DNA from: Raphidiopsis brookii D9
Lineage (GTDB): Bacteria; Cyanobacteriota; Cyanobacteriia; Cyanobacteriales; Nostocaceae
DNA length: 32,000 nucleotides
Direction: 5' to 3'
Assembly: GCA_000175855.1 (NCBI GenBank)
Contig: ACYB01000004.1
Location: 90,001 to 122,000, forward strand
Part shown: positions 19,058 through 28,307 of the stretch, one piece after another
Layout: each line of letters starts with the position of its first letter
Numbering within the stretch: the first letter of the stretch is position 1
The notes under the pieces: generated by a model
Databases searched by the model: none
Seen by the model: the letters and a program-made list of their open reading frames with translations, nothing else
What the model was told of the DNA's origin: nothing
Program-made: the position numbers and the translations under genes

Positions 19058-19840
19058 TGAAAACACCCATTACCATCCCTATCATTAGGCAAAATCATTT
19101 TTAATGTCTGGCGATCGCACTTGGTGAAGGATTAAGGTTATGCTTTATGGTTTTGCGTAGAGGTAGATTAAAGGCGATCGCCTTTATTAAAAAACGTGAC
19201 GCCTAGTTTCAAAACACTGATTTCCATACCTGTGGTTAGATAAAAGCGTTTTAATGTCTGGCGATCACACTTGGTGAAGGATTAAGGTTATGCTTTATGG
19301 TTTTGCGTAGAGGTAGATTAAAGGCGATCGCCTGTTTACATAGGAAACGACTCTATTTCTTAACCAACGTAATGCCTAGTTTTAAAACACTCATTGCCAT
19401 TCCTATCATTAGGCAAGAGGATTTTAGTGTCTGGCGATCGCACTTGGTGAAGAATTAAGGTTGTGCTTTATAGTTTTGGGTTGAGGTAGATTAAAGGCGA
19501 TCGCCTGTTTACAAAGGTAGGAAACCACACTATTTCTTAACCAACGTAATGGCCAGTTTCAAAACACCTATTTTCATTCCTATGATTAGGTAAAAGCTTT
19601 TTAGTGGCGGGCGATCGCACCTTGTGAAAGATAAAGGTTAGGCTTTATGGTCTTGAGTAGAGATAGGTTAAAGGCGATCGCCTGTTTACAAAGGTAAAAA
19701 ACCACACTATTTTTTAACCAGCGTAATGTCTAGTTTAAAAACACTCCTTTTTATCCCTATCATTAGGCAAAAGCATTTTAATGTCTAGCGATCACGCCTG
19801 GTGAAAGACTAAAAGTTGGGCCTTATTATTTAGGTTATAG
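19058..19840. repeat. tandem array of five degenerate units, period about 150, 173, 177 and 177 bp, with paired HIP1 sites
   Basis: Common core (G)GCGATCGCAC-TTGGTGAAGGATTAAGG...GGTAGATTAAAGGCGATCGCC starts at 19111, 19261, 19434, 19611 and 19788; spacer module AAAACAC...ATTAGGCAAAA...TTTAATGTCTGG precedes each. Confidence 0.9.
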
Positions 19841-19903
19841 AAAACAAGGCAGATTTTTGCAGAGCGTTCCCTGTGTTCTGAAATATCTCTATTTGTTATT
19901 TAC

Positions 19904-20866
19904 CTACCAAGTTTTACGAAAAATTTTTCCAACGGCAGTGTAAAAACGAAGACCATTACCTTTGAATAAAATTAAGAATAATTGAACAATTTGTTTGATA
20001 ATAACTTTAAAAGTCTGAGGTTTTATTTTGAATAAAATCCTATAAGAATTTGCAACATCGCCCTGGTGCCAATAGAATCGCAAAACTGAACTATAACTCA
20101 TGTTTAACCACTTCCTTTTAAGAAATCCATATCTTCTTTGAAAATCTGTAACTGTGTTTTCTAGTTTTAAGAATATATAATCTATCTCATTAGGGAAACT
20201 TTTAACCTCTGCGGAACGATGCGTGTTATTTTCATGGAGACGATAGTAACACAATACTCTATGGACTCGACCTATCGCCCAATGGAGACTTAGTCGGAGA
20301 AACAAATCTGCTTCTTCAGCTATATTTAAACTACAATCAAACCATTCATCTAAAATGTCTAGAGCAGTTCTGCGAATTACAGAAGAACTCATAATAATGA
20401 AATAGTTGGAGACAAGATCGTGGAAATTGTACTCTGACTTTTTTTCTAAAAAATCCCCAGTCGGAACCTTACTGTTTAAATTTAATGTACCGGATTGACA
20501 AGTAACTATCCCAATATTCTTATTTTCTATAAATAATGGAATTTGCAGTTCCAATTTATTTGGTTCCCAAACATCATCACAATCTAGAAATGCTATAAAA
20601 TCCCCCTCAGCATACTTAAGTGCGAGATTCCTTGACTCTCCTAAGCTTATAGTTGAAGAGTTACGAAAGTACTTAATCCTATCGTCGTAACTATGGGCAA
20701 TGACCGCAGTCTTGTCAGTTGAAGCATTGTCAACGAATACAACTTCCCAGTTTGGATAAGTTTGGGCATACACAGAATCTATAGCTTCTTTTAGATACTC
20801 CTCTCCATTAAAGCAATTCATTATAATACTTACTAATGGATATGAGTTTGTATTACAATCAGTCAT
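19904..20866 (-). CDS. glycosyltransferase family 2
   Basis: PLVSIIMNCFNGEEYLKEAIDSVYAQTYPNWEVVFVDNASTD, FIAFLDCDDVWEPNKLELQ. Confidence 0.93.
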   Translation of the reverse strand: MTDCNTNSYPLVSIIMNCFNGEEYLKEAIDSVYAQTYPNWEVVFVDNASTDKTAVIAHSYDDRIKYFRNSSTISLGESRNLALKYAEGDFIAFLDCDDVWEPNKLELQIPLFIENKNIGIVTCQSGTLNLNSKVPTGDFLEKKSEYNFHDLVSNYFIIMSSSVIRRTALDILDEWFDCSLNIAEEADLFLRLSLHWAIGRVHRVLCYYRLHENNTHRSAEVKSFPNEIDYIFLKLENTVTDFQRRYGFLKRKWLNMSYSSVLRFYWHQGDVANSYRILFKIKPQTFKVIIKQIVQLFLILFKGNGLRFYTAVGKIFRKTW

Positions 20867-20876
20867 TTATAACACC

Positions 20877-22034
20877 TCAGTTTAAAGTTGCATTATCTAT
20901 GTTGTTGATCACCTGAATTAATATACTGCAAATAAAGTCTATTTGCTCTTCTGATAGATCAGGGTGCAATGGCAATGTTATTAGACCAGAGTATGTTCTA
21001 TCTGTTATTGGCAATTCATTATCTAATCCGTGGGAGAAAAACGATAAGTGGTGATTTGGTTGATAGTGCAATCCAGTCTGAATACCATGCTCTAATAATC
21101 TTTGACGAACATAATCCCTCGATACCCCTTCAGTCAGGTAAATCGGATATATATGGGGAACAACCTCCTCATAATTATGTTTTAACAAGGTAATAAAAGA
21201 AATTCCACTCAGTCTTTTGTCATAGCAGTGAGCCAGCTGTTGGCGCCTAAAAGATAATTCCGGAAATCGCCGCAATTGTACCCGACCAATGGCTGCCATA
21301 ATGTTACTCATGTGGTAGCGCCAACCCTGGCTTCTAACGTCAAAGTCCCAACTACGTTGCCCCTGAAAACGTTTTTCTGTATCTTTTTCCACTCCGAGCA
21401 ATCTTGCATCGCGAACTCTACTCATTATATCTGGACTATTAGACACTATACAGCCGCCCTCTCCAGAAGTAATATTTTTAATACCGTCAAAACTAAAGCA
21501 AGCAATATCGCCAAAACTACCGACTAACTGGTTTTGGTATTTGGTTCCAAAGGCGTGGGCAGCATCTTCTATCACTCTGATTTCATGAGATTGGGCAAAA
21601 GCGTAAATTTGATCTAATTCCCCTACCCCACCACTGTAATGAACTGGCATGATGGCCCTGGTTCTGGGGGTAATACGTTTTTCCGCATCTTTCCAATCTA
21701 TGGTCAGGGTTTTTGGGTCAATATCACAAGGTATGGGAGTTGCTCCCACTGCTGAAATTGCTTGAAAGGAAGCAACATAAGTTAAAGATTGTACTAACAC
21801 TTCATCGCCTTGTCCAATACCACAGGCTTGTAGTCCTAAATGAAGTGCAGCAGTTCCGTTAACCACACAGGCAACTTGTCTTCCTAAAAAAGCAGTTAAT
21901 TCTTCTTCAAAGAGCTTAACTTCTTCCCCCATGCCCAAGAATTCACGGTCTAGAACTGACATAACTGCCTGCTTTTCAGCGTCACTCAGGCAAGACTTCG
22001 AAAGTCTAATTAATGATGGCTTGGTTGATATCAT
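20877..22034 (-). CDS. DegT/DnrJ/EryC1/StrS family PLP-dependent sugar aminotransferase
   Basis: EVKLFEEELTAFLGRQVACVVNGTAALHLGLQA; CFSFDGIKNITSGEGG with the PLP-binding Lys retained. Confidence 0.93.
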   Translation of the reverse strand: MISTKPSLIRLSKSCLSDAEKQAVMSVLDREFLGMGEEVKLFEEELTAFLGRQVACVVNGTAALHLGLQACGIGQGDEVLVQSLTYVASFQAISAVGATPIPCDIDPKTLTIDWKDAEKRITPRTRAIMPVHYSGGVGELDQIYAFAQSHEIRVIEDAAHAFGTKYQNQLVGSFGDIACFSFDGIKNITSGEGGCIVSNSPDIMSRVRDARLLGVEKDTEKRFQGQRSWDFDVRSQGWRYHMSNIMAAIGRVQLRRFPELSFRRQQLAHCYDKRLSGISFITLLKHNYEEVVPHIYPIYLTEGVSRDYVRQRLLEHGIQTGLHYQPNHHLSFFSHGLDNELPITDRTYSGLITLPLHPDLSEEQIDFICSILIQVINNIDNATLN

Positions 22035-22036
22035 CT

Positions 22037-22819
22037 CTATTCTTTTATCCAGGGAGGCTTACCACTTTTCCAAAGACTTTCCAGTAGATCCAAATCGCGT
22101 TTTGTGTCCATACACTGCCAAAAACCGTCATGTTGATAGGCCATTAGTTCGCCCAAAGCGGTTGCTTTTTCTAAGGGTTCAGCTTCTAGCACTGTGTCAT
22201 CACCAGCTATTAAATCAAAAAAACTAGGTTCGATTACAAAAAACCCCCCGTTGATCCACCCCTGGCGAAGTTGGGGTTTTTCCTCAAAAGAAATCACTTG
22301 ACCGTCACAAATTTCCAGTTCCCCAAATCTGGCGGAGGGTCTCACCGCCGTAATTGTGACCATGCGACCATGATTATAATGGTAGGATAGGAGGTCATCT
22401 AGGTTGATGTTTGCTAAACCATCACCATAAGTTAGAAAACAGGTTTCATTACCAATCAGGGATTGTAATCTTTTAACTCTCCCCCCTGTCATGCTTTTAA
22501 GTCCAGTTTGTATTAACGTAACCTGCCAATCAATTTCTTTCTTCTTGACAGTTTGTACCTGTCCTGTGGCGAGGTCAATCGTAAAATCGGCATTGAGGGT
22601 AGGGTAGTTGAGAAAATACTGTTTAATGACTTCTGCTTTGTAGCCACAAGCAATGTAAAAGTTTTTATGCCCGTAGTTATCAAATAGTTGCATGATATGT
22701 AATAGAACAGGCAAACCGCCGACGGAAACCATGGGTTTAGGTATAATATCAGTATATTCAGCTAATCTAGTGCCAAAACCCCCGGCTAAAATAATAACTT
22801 TCAAGGTTTTAGACTCCAA
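22037..22819 (-). CDS. rfbF: glucose-1-phosphate cytidylyltransferase
   Basis: KVIILAGGFGTRLAEYTDIIPKPMVSVGGLPVLLHIMQLFDNYGHKNFYIACGYKAEVIKQYF; WINGGFFVIEP. Confidence 0.95.
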   Translation of the reverse strand: MESKTLKVIILAGGFGTRLAEYTDIIPKPMVSVGGLPVLLHIMQLFDNYGHKNFYIACGYKAEVIKQYFLNYPTLNADFTIDLATGQVQTVKKKEIDWQVTLIQTGLKSMTGGRVKRLQSLIGNETCFLTYGDGLANINLDDLLSYHYNHGRMVTITAVRPSARFGELEICDGQVISFEEKPQLRQGWINGGFFVIEPSFFDLIAGDDTVLEAEPLEKATALGELMAYQHDGFWQCMDTKRDLDLLESLWKSGKPPWIKE

Positions 22820-23247
22820 TCAAATGTGATAAAGTCGATATCAGCTCGGTCAGATTCCTTGGGGTCATGCTCTATGTCAGCAATATTGAGGACAAGATTG
22901 AGATTTTGACTCACCCCCTGAAAAGCCATCCAAATACCCGGGGGAATCGTCAGGCGACGATAATCTTGATCTTCGGGAGAAAGAATGAAAGATTCAACCC
23001 TTCCATAACTTGTTGATTCTGGACGATCATCATACAAAACAAACCGAATACACCCACAGGGAACAACCAGATTAAGGGTCATTTGGTTATGGCGTTTCCA
23101 AGGTTTAATTGTTCCATAGTGAATGGTTGAAAAATAAGCCTCACCAAATTTTACGTAACCTGGATCAGATGCTTTGATTCCATGCAAGACATCACCTGCA
23201 TCCGAAGGAATACGTCGAATAGGGGTTAGAATTACACCGTCTAACAT
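22801..23247 (-). CDS. RmlC-like cupin / dTDP-4-dehydrorhamnose 3,5-epimerase-family protein
   Basis: MLDGVILTPIRRIPSDAGDVLHGIKASDPGYVKFGEAYFSTIHYGTIKPWKRHNQMTLNLVVPCG. The Met at 23247 is a better start than the track start at 23340, which overlaps rfbG extensively. Confidence 0.85.
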   Translation of the reverse strand: MLDGVILTPIRRIPSDAGDVLHGIKASDPGYVKFGEAYFSTIHYGTIKPWKRHNQMTLNLVVPCGCIRFVLYDDRPESTSYGRVESFILSPEDQDYRRLTIPPGIWMAFQGVSQNLNLVLNIADIEHDPKESDRADIDFITFDWSLKP

Positions 23248-24317
23248 ACTAAACTTCCTTTGATCCGTTCCTCGTAGTGGGCGATTTGTTCCTGGGTAAC
23301 TTGCCACGTGTTGTGGCCTGAATAGTGTTTCTGGTACCATTCCGTGGTTAAGGCAACCGTTTCATCAAAGTTGAGCGTCGGTTTCCAACCAAGACAATGC
23401 ATGGCTTTATCACAACAAAGTTTGAGTAGTCCAGCTTCATACGGAGAAGGTGAGTTAGAACAATCTATCCAGTCCCTGTTTTTCCAGTGCTGTCTCATTG
23501 CGTCTAGCAAATTCCCAACAGTATAGTTTTGGTCAGCAGCAGGTCCAAAGTTAAAGCTTTCACCGTTGAGAAGTGGATTATTTGGTAATTTTACGGCCAG
23601 AGTTAAATAACCGGATAGAGGCTCTAGAACGTGCTGCCAAGGACGGGTAGCATGGGGATTACGGATCAAGACAGGTTGATCAGATGACCAAGCTCTTATG
23701 GTATCTGGGATAATCCGATCGCCTGCCCAATCTCCACCCCCAATGACGTTTCCAGCTCTCCCTACTGCCACTTTTACGAGTGAGTCGTTAGAGCTAAAGT
23801 AAGATTCGGCATAGCTACGAATGACCAATTCAGCCGCTCCTTTAGAACCACTGTAGGGATCTTTACCTCCTAAACGATCGGTTTCTCGATAGCCCCACAC
23901 CTGTTCAACGTTGTCGTAACATTTATCACTGGTAACCAGAATAGCAGTACAGGCATGGGTGGAAAGTCTCAGGGACTCAAGAATATTGAGCGTCCCCACA
24001 ACATTAGTGGTAAATGTGGCGTGGGGTTCTCTATAAGAGAGCCTAACAAGGGGTTGAGCCGCAAGGTGAAAGATAAAATCTGGTTGATATTGTTGAATTA
24101 GTTGTTGGCAGGTTTCTAAGTCTTCAATATTTCCCCAGATGTGGGTAATGCGAGACTCAAGATTGGCAGATTCAAAGTGACTAGGCTGTGATGGAACGTC
24201 TTTAGATACTCCGATTACCTTAGCTCCATGACGGAGCAGCCAAGCAGTAAGCCAAGATCCTTTAAAGCCAGTGTTTCCCGTAATTAGGACAGACTTGTTG
24301 GTGAAAGCTTGTAACAT
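23241..24317 (-). CDS. rfbG: CDP-glucose 4,6-dehydratase
   Basis: VLITGNTGFKGSWLTAWLLRHGAKVIGVS; DFIFHLAAQPLVRLSYREPHATFTTNVVGTLN; VEQVWGYRETDRLGGKDPYSGSKGAAE. Confidence 0.95.
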   Translation of the reverse strand: MLQAFTNKSVLITGNTGFKGSWLTAWLLRHGAKVIGVSKDVPSQPSHFESANLESRITHIWGNIEDLETCQQLIQQYQPDFIFHLAAQPLVRLSYREPHATFTTNVVGTLNILESLRLSTHACTAILVTSDKCYDNVEQVWGYRETDRLGGKDPYSGSKGAAELVIRSYAESYFSSNDSLVKVAVGRAGNVIGGGDWAGDRIIPDTIRAWSSDQPVLIRNPHATRPWQHVLEPLSGYLTLAVKLPNNPLLNGESFNFGPAADQNYTVGNLLDAMRQHWKNRDWIDCSNSPSPYEAGLLKLCCDKAMHCLGWKPTLNFDETVALTTEWYQKHYSGHNTWQVTQEQIAHYEERIKGSLVC

Positions 24318-24340
24318 ACAGGTTTAAAAGTAAATGGCAT

Positions 24341-25225
24341 TTATGTTTTACGAGCTACTGCTAAAATATACCTTCCACCATCAGGAACCTCAGAAGCTAA
24401 GTTTAGTTCCAACTTCATCAGAGCTTCTCTTTCTGAATCGTCCAACAAAGAAGGTTGAACAATGCCATCATGGGGGTCATGCCCCTTCATGCCTGATAAA
24501 ACCCCAATTCCTACAAGATCAAGTAAAACCAGGCCGAACTTCGATAAAATCTCACGAATTTCTGTTGAAGTTTGCCAAGTAAACTCTACTGGAGACCCTA
24601 CACCAATCCTACCTTGGGTCTGAGTTATTAGCATGTCAACATTATCCCAGAATCGGTGGCGGGCAATTGTTAAAGCATAGAAATACTTCGTCTTAAAAGA
24701 CATTACTACGACTCCTCCAGGCTTGAGCACTTCCACAATTTTAGGTAAATCAAGCTTCCATTTTGGATAAAAAAAGGTAACCTCAGTCATGAAAACTATG
24801 TCACAAGTACCAGCCTTAAGTGATTTTAAACATTCTGAAATGCTTTGGACTCTATAATCAATGTTGGTAACTAATGCCTCACTGGCATACTTTTTTGCAG
24901 TAGAAATTGCGGTAGCTGAAAAATCGCAGGCAATTACTTGAGTATTAGGAAAAAGACGCGCCAATGGCAGGGTAAAACGACCTTGAGAACAGCCCAACTC
25001 CAGGACCTGATTAGGTTCTAACAGTTTCTCTATGTGTGGGAGTATAAATTTCCAATACTGCTGGAAATAATATGGTTCGTCCGGTGCAGTAACCATATCA
25101 TATTGTGTTGATTTTTGGACTAATTTAGATTGAATGTCTTCAGGTTCAAAATCCTTAGCTAGGTTAAATACGATTCTCGATAGTTTGCCGAAAATCCGAC
25201 CTATCAGTAGAAGAACGTAGTACAT
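24341..25225 (-). CDS. class I SAM-dependent methyltransferase
   Basis: VLELGCSQGRFTLPLARLFPNTQVIACDFS; EVLKPGGVVVMSFK. Confidence 0.85.
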   Translation of the reverse strand: MYYVLLLIGRIFGKLSRIVFNLAKDFEPEDIQSKLVQKSTQYDMVTAPDEPYYFQQYWKFILPHIEKLLEPNQVLELGCSQGRFTLPLARLFPNTQVIACDFSATAISTAKKYASEALVTNIDYRVQSISECLKSLKAGTCDIVFMTEVTFFYPKWKLDLPKIVEVLKPGGVVVMSFKTKYFYALTIARHRFWDNVDMLITQTQGRIGVGSPVEFTWQTSTEIREILSKFGLVLLDLVGIGVLSGMKGHDPHDGIVQPSLLDDSEREALMKLELNLASEVPDGGRYILAVARKT

Positions 25226-25259
25226 AAATTATTTAGTAATTTGGCTATACTAGGCTATT

Positions 25260-26987
25260 CTATAAGAAAACCGACAGGGTTTGATCGGATGTTTGATTTA
25301 ATCCTGCCAGGAATTTCTGGCGAATTTTTCGAAATTCATCGTCATACCACTGGGTATCAGTCAGAAAAACCTCTTCTAAACGCTGACAGAGGTTTTTAGG
25401 GGAGACCGACCTTAGTATAGGAAATTCATTTTCTAGGAAATCTCCATAATTCCAGGACGAGGTTAGTTCGCGTCCCAAAGATATGGCTACGCGGCCTGAC
25501 AGTAAGACATCAATAATAGATGCAGTGGACATTACTAAACAGCAGCGGGAAATTTTTAATAAATCTGTCATTTCACCTTCACACCATTGCCAGTCCTGGG
25601 GTAAATCAGTCCATCCCATGTGAGACAGAAGGATGTTGATTTCTCTGCGGGACATCATGGGATGAGGCTTGAGAATCACAGAAGATTTAAGATAATTACG
25701 AACCCAATCGAAATGAGCATATATTCCATCTAGCATCTCCACTGCGCCCTGCAGATCTAAGGGTAAGGGAATACCCAGACAGTTACCACTGTTTTCAGTT
25801 GCAGTTTGGACAAAGTTCTGTCTTAAACCTGGTCCTGACAAAAGTTTTTTTTCATCAAGTCCCCGGGAAATCAAGACTGAATGACCCAAACCACCATTTG
25901 TAACAATTATATCGGGGAAAAACTTCGACTCTGACTCGCCCAAAGGAATGTGATATCCCAAAAAATCTGAAGCTACCAGACTATGATAATAACCTATGGA
26001 CTTGCTTTTGTTTCCGAGTACAAATCTACAAAAATAGGGTTGAACCCGCTCTGGTTGCATTGATTCAAAATGGGTAATTGAAACCAGTTTTGTCAGATTA
26101 TTTCCCCATCGCCGTAAAGCCGGAAGATACAAAAGAAAACGGGAAACAGAAATCCCGGTGGTTAACTGTCGAAAACGTTCCCTGATGAGTAAGAACTCCA
26201 GATGAAAATTATCTTTATATGGAATAGATTTGCGGATAGTTGAAACTGTTTTAATTCCATCGTAGAAAGCCCTCACGTAATCACGCCATGTTAGCCAATC
26301 TTCTGGAAGAAAACAGGAAGAATCACGGAGTTTTTGATACACCTCTTCTAGTGGTAGGGAAACATTGTAAAGCCAAGGTAGACGATAAACTTGCTTACCC
26401 TGCTTTTCTAGCCATTCTGGTAAAACAGTAAAGTATCTACAGGCAAGCGGCCCATCTTTGTTGAAAGCTTTATCATCCAGACATTGGTTGATTAGATATA
26501 CTTCGCCTTGGGGAGGTTGTAAATTAAAAGGGCGAGAAATTTGAGCAGCCCTATGGTGTTTCCAGAACTGAAGAATTTGCCGGGCAAAATTCACACAGGC
26601 CCTGAGGATGAGATAACTAGTCTCGAATGCCATAGTGATCTGCCATCCAATCTGGCAGCGAAGTTGAACAGTCGATTCTAGATTTGTCTTAGCTGCTGCG
26701 AGGACATAGCTATTTTCACAAACAACTAAAATCTCGTCTGGATAGGAGGCGTTTGTGGTAATCCATGACTTAAGAGCTGAAATGTGGATAACATCATCAA
26801 AAAACCGACAGGACACGTTGTTACGCCCCGCTAAGTCGGTCATCCACCAGTGTATAGAGTCGTTATTAGCCTCCCGTTGACGACGAATCCAGTCAAGAAT
26901 TAATGGACGTTGCCTGATAGACTCGATTTGAATAAATTCCTTCAGGGAAATGCGATTGCCAACCAATTGCTTTTCCCAAGTTTTCAT
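25260..26987 (-). CDS. large polysaccharide-cluster protein, possible GT-B-like transferase
   Basis: Start chosen at MKTWEKQLVGNRISL (26987). C-terminal VILKPHPMM...WCEGEMTDLLKISRCCLVMSTASIIDVLLSGRVAISLGRE resembles nucleotide-sugar/capsule transferase C-domains; N-terminal half not recognised. Confidence 0.55.
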   Translation of the reverse strand: MKTWEKQLVGNRISLKEFIQIESIRQRPLILDWIRRQREANNDSIHWWMTDLAGRNNVSCRFFDDVIHISALKSWITTNASYPDEILVVCENSYVLAAAKTNLESTVQLRCQIGWQITMAFETSYLILRACVNFARQILQFWKHHRAAQISRPFNLQPPQGEVYLINQCLDDKAFNKDGPLACRYFTVLPEWLEKQGKQVYRLPWLYNVSLPLEEVYQKLRDSSCFLPEDWLTWRDYVRAFYDGIKTVSTIRKSIPYKDNFHLEFLLIRERFRQLTTGISVSRFLLYLPALRRWGNNLTKLVSITHFESMQPERVQPYFCRFVLGNKSKSIGYYHSLVASDFLGYHIPLGESESKFFPDIIVTNGGLGHSVLISRGLDEKKLLSGPGLRQNFVQTATENSGNCLGIPLPLDLQGAVEMLDGIYAHFDWVRNYLKSSVILKPHPMMSRREINILLSHMGWTDLPQDWQWCEGEMTDLLKISRCCLVMSTASIIDVLLSGRVAISLGRELTSSWNYGDFLENEFPILRSVSPKNLCQRLEEVFLTDTQWYDDEFRKIRQKFLAGLNQTSDQTLSVFL

Positions 26988-27199
26988 CCTAAGGTAATCT
27001 CGTCCGATGTAAATCCAAGGTCCCTTCCAAGATTTGGAATTAAGGTTTAGAAAATGAGTATGAGTTAGAAAAATACACATATTTCCATAAAGATATGGTA
27101 GCTACTTAGGCTTTAGGCGAGATTGGCCATTCCAAGAAACGAGATGAATGAGGGCATCGAAGATATTGATCTCCCGCTTACTAAAGACCAACACCGACC

Positions 27200-28108
27200 T
27201 CAGGAAACAATTGCAATTAGATAATCACACCAACCACTACGCTTTAAATCCTCAGCATAAGCCCTCTCAGTTTCTTGGGAAAATATATGTGAATACTTCC
27301 TAAAACCACCAGGCTTTCCAGTCATAAGCCAATGAATGTGATTAGACAAGTCATATCGCTGCCCAGGAAATATTTCAAATGGACGGTCCAGCCCAGCAAG
27401 AACGTATTTCAGCGATTCTGGTGTGAAATACCAATGATGTGCCCGCCACCAATAAAACTTCTCAAACTCCGGAACTTTGTAAAACGAAATAAGAGGGTCA
27501 TTGCCATTGGGAACCTCAAACATCATTTTACCGCCTGGCTTTAAAAACGGTAAAAGCGACTTTAAAAATGAAAGTGGATCAGTGACATGTTCCAAAACAT
27601 AATAGTGCAACAGAATATCAAAATAACCAGTATGATCTCTGTTCAGTGCATCCATACTAGCCACGGTTTTTACACCTTTACTATTGGCAAAGTCACGATA
27701 CTGATGACTTAACTCCACACCGATCACCTCACAACCACTATCTTGTAGTGGTTTCAACATGAACCCAGATGACGAACCAATTTCTAAAACTCTCGAACCT
27801 GCTGGACATAGTTTGTCAAGCCAGGGTTTGCGCAACGGCATTTCTCGGGATGACAACGACTTAAATTGACTTTCTGGATCGCTCCAACTTTCGTCTCCGG
27901 AACGCTTAGCCATCCATTTATCAAACTCATTTTCGTAGAAAGCCTTGTCGTCTTCTCTAGAAGTAACGGGATAAAGATAAATAGCATTACAATCGTTACA
28001 CTGCCAGAAAGCTTGCTCGGAAACACCACCATAAACATCAGTTGAGCGAATCCTTTGATGGGGCTTACTTGAGTTGCATAGTGGGCATACTTGAGGTTCT
28101 AACTTCAT
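27200..28108 (-). CDS. SAM-dependent methyltransferase with N-terminal zinc-ribbon-like segment
   Basis: CPLCNSSKPHQRIR...WQCNDCNAIYLYP; VLEIGSSSGFMLKPLQDSGCEVIGVELS; HVTDPLSFLKSLLPFLKPGGKMMFEVPN. Confidence 0.9.
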   Translation of the reverse strand: MKLEPQVCPLCNSSKPHQRIRSTDVYGGVSEQAFWQCNDCNAIYLYPVTSREDDKAFYENEFDKWMAKRSGDESWSDPESQFKSLSSREMPLRKPWLDKLCPAGSRVLEIGSSSGFMLKPLQDSGCEVIGVELSHQYRDFANSKGVKTVASMDALNRDHTGYFDILLHYYVLEHVTDPLSFLKSLLPFLKPGGKMMFEVPNGNDPLISFYKVPEFEKFYWWRAHHWYFTPESLKYVLAGLDRPFEIFPGQRYDLSNHIHWLMTGKPGGFRKYSHIFSQETERAYAEDLKRSGWCDYLIAIVS

Positions 28109-28307
28109 AATTATCGTCCTAATTGGCTAAACATTCACATTTCAGCAGCAAAATAGCAACACCCACTGGGATCTTCGAAAAATACAAATCTTATTAGGAA
28201 TGAGAATTAGATCTAAATTGTTTGATCCAAATTGTTTTGGGATTCAGGATTCGAAATAAGGTAACTAACCAAGGCGAGCTATTGCCCTAACAATTTTACA
28301 TATCAAT

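Noticed and set aside
19058-19840. Possible CRISPR array
   Set aside because: Repeats are ~150-177 bp, degenerate and adjacent, with no short identical repeats alternating with unique spacers and no cas genes.
22801-23340. Extended 179-aa start for the RmlC-like ORF
   Set aside because: The first 31 residues overlap the rfbG 3' end and do not look like family sequence; Met at 23247 (MLDGVILTPIRRIP) fits better.
25260-27080. Extended 606-aa start for the large ORF
   Set aside because: The first 31 residues (MCIFLTHTHFLNLNSK...) look like translated intergenic sequence; MKTWEKQLVGN at 26987 is more credible.
28210-28245. Short direct repeat AAATTGTTTGATCC/AAATTGTTTTGG
   Set aside because: About 9 bp repeated in AT-rich intergenic DNA; within chance expectation.
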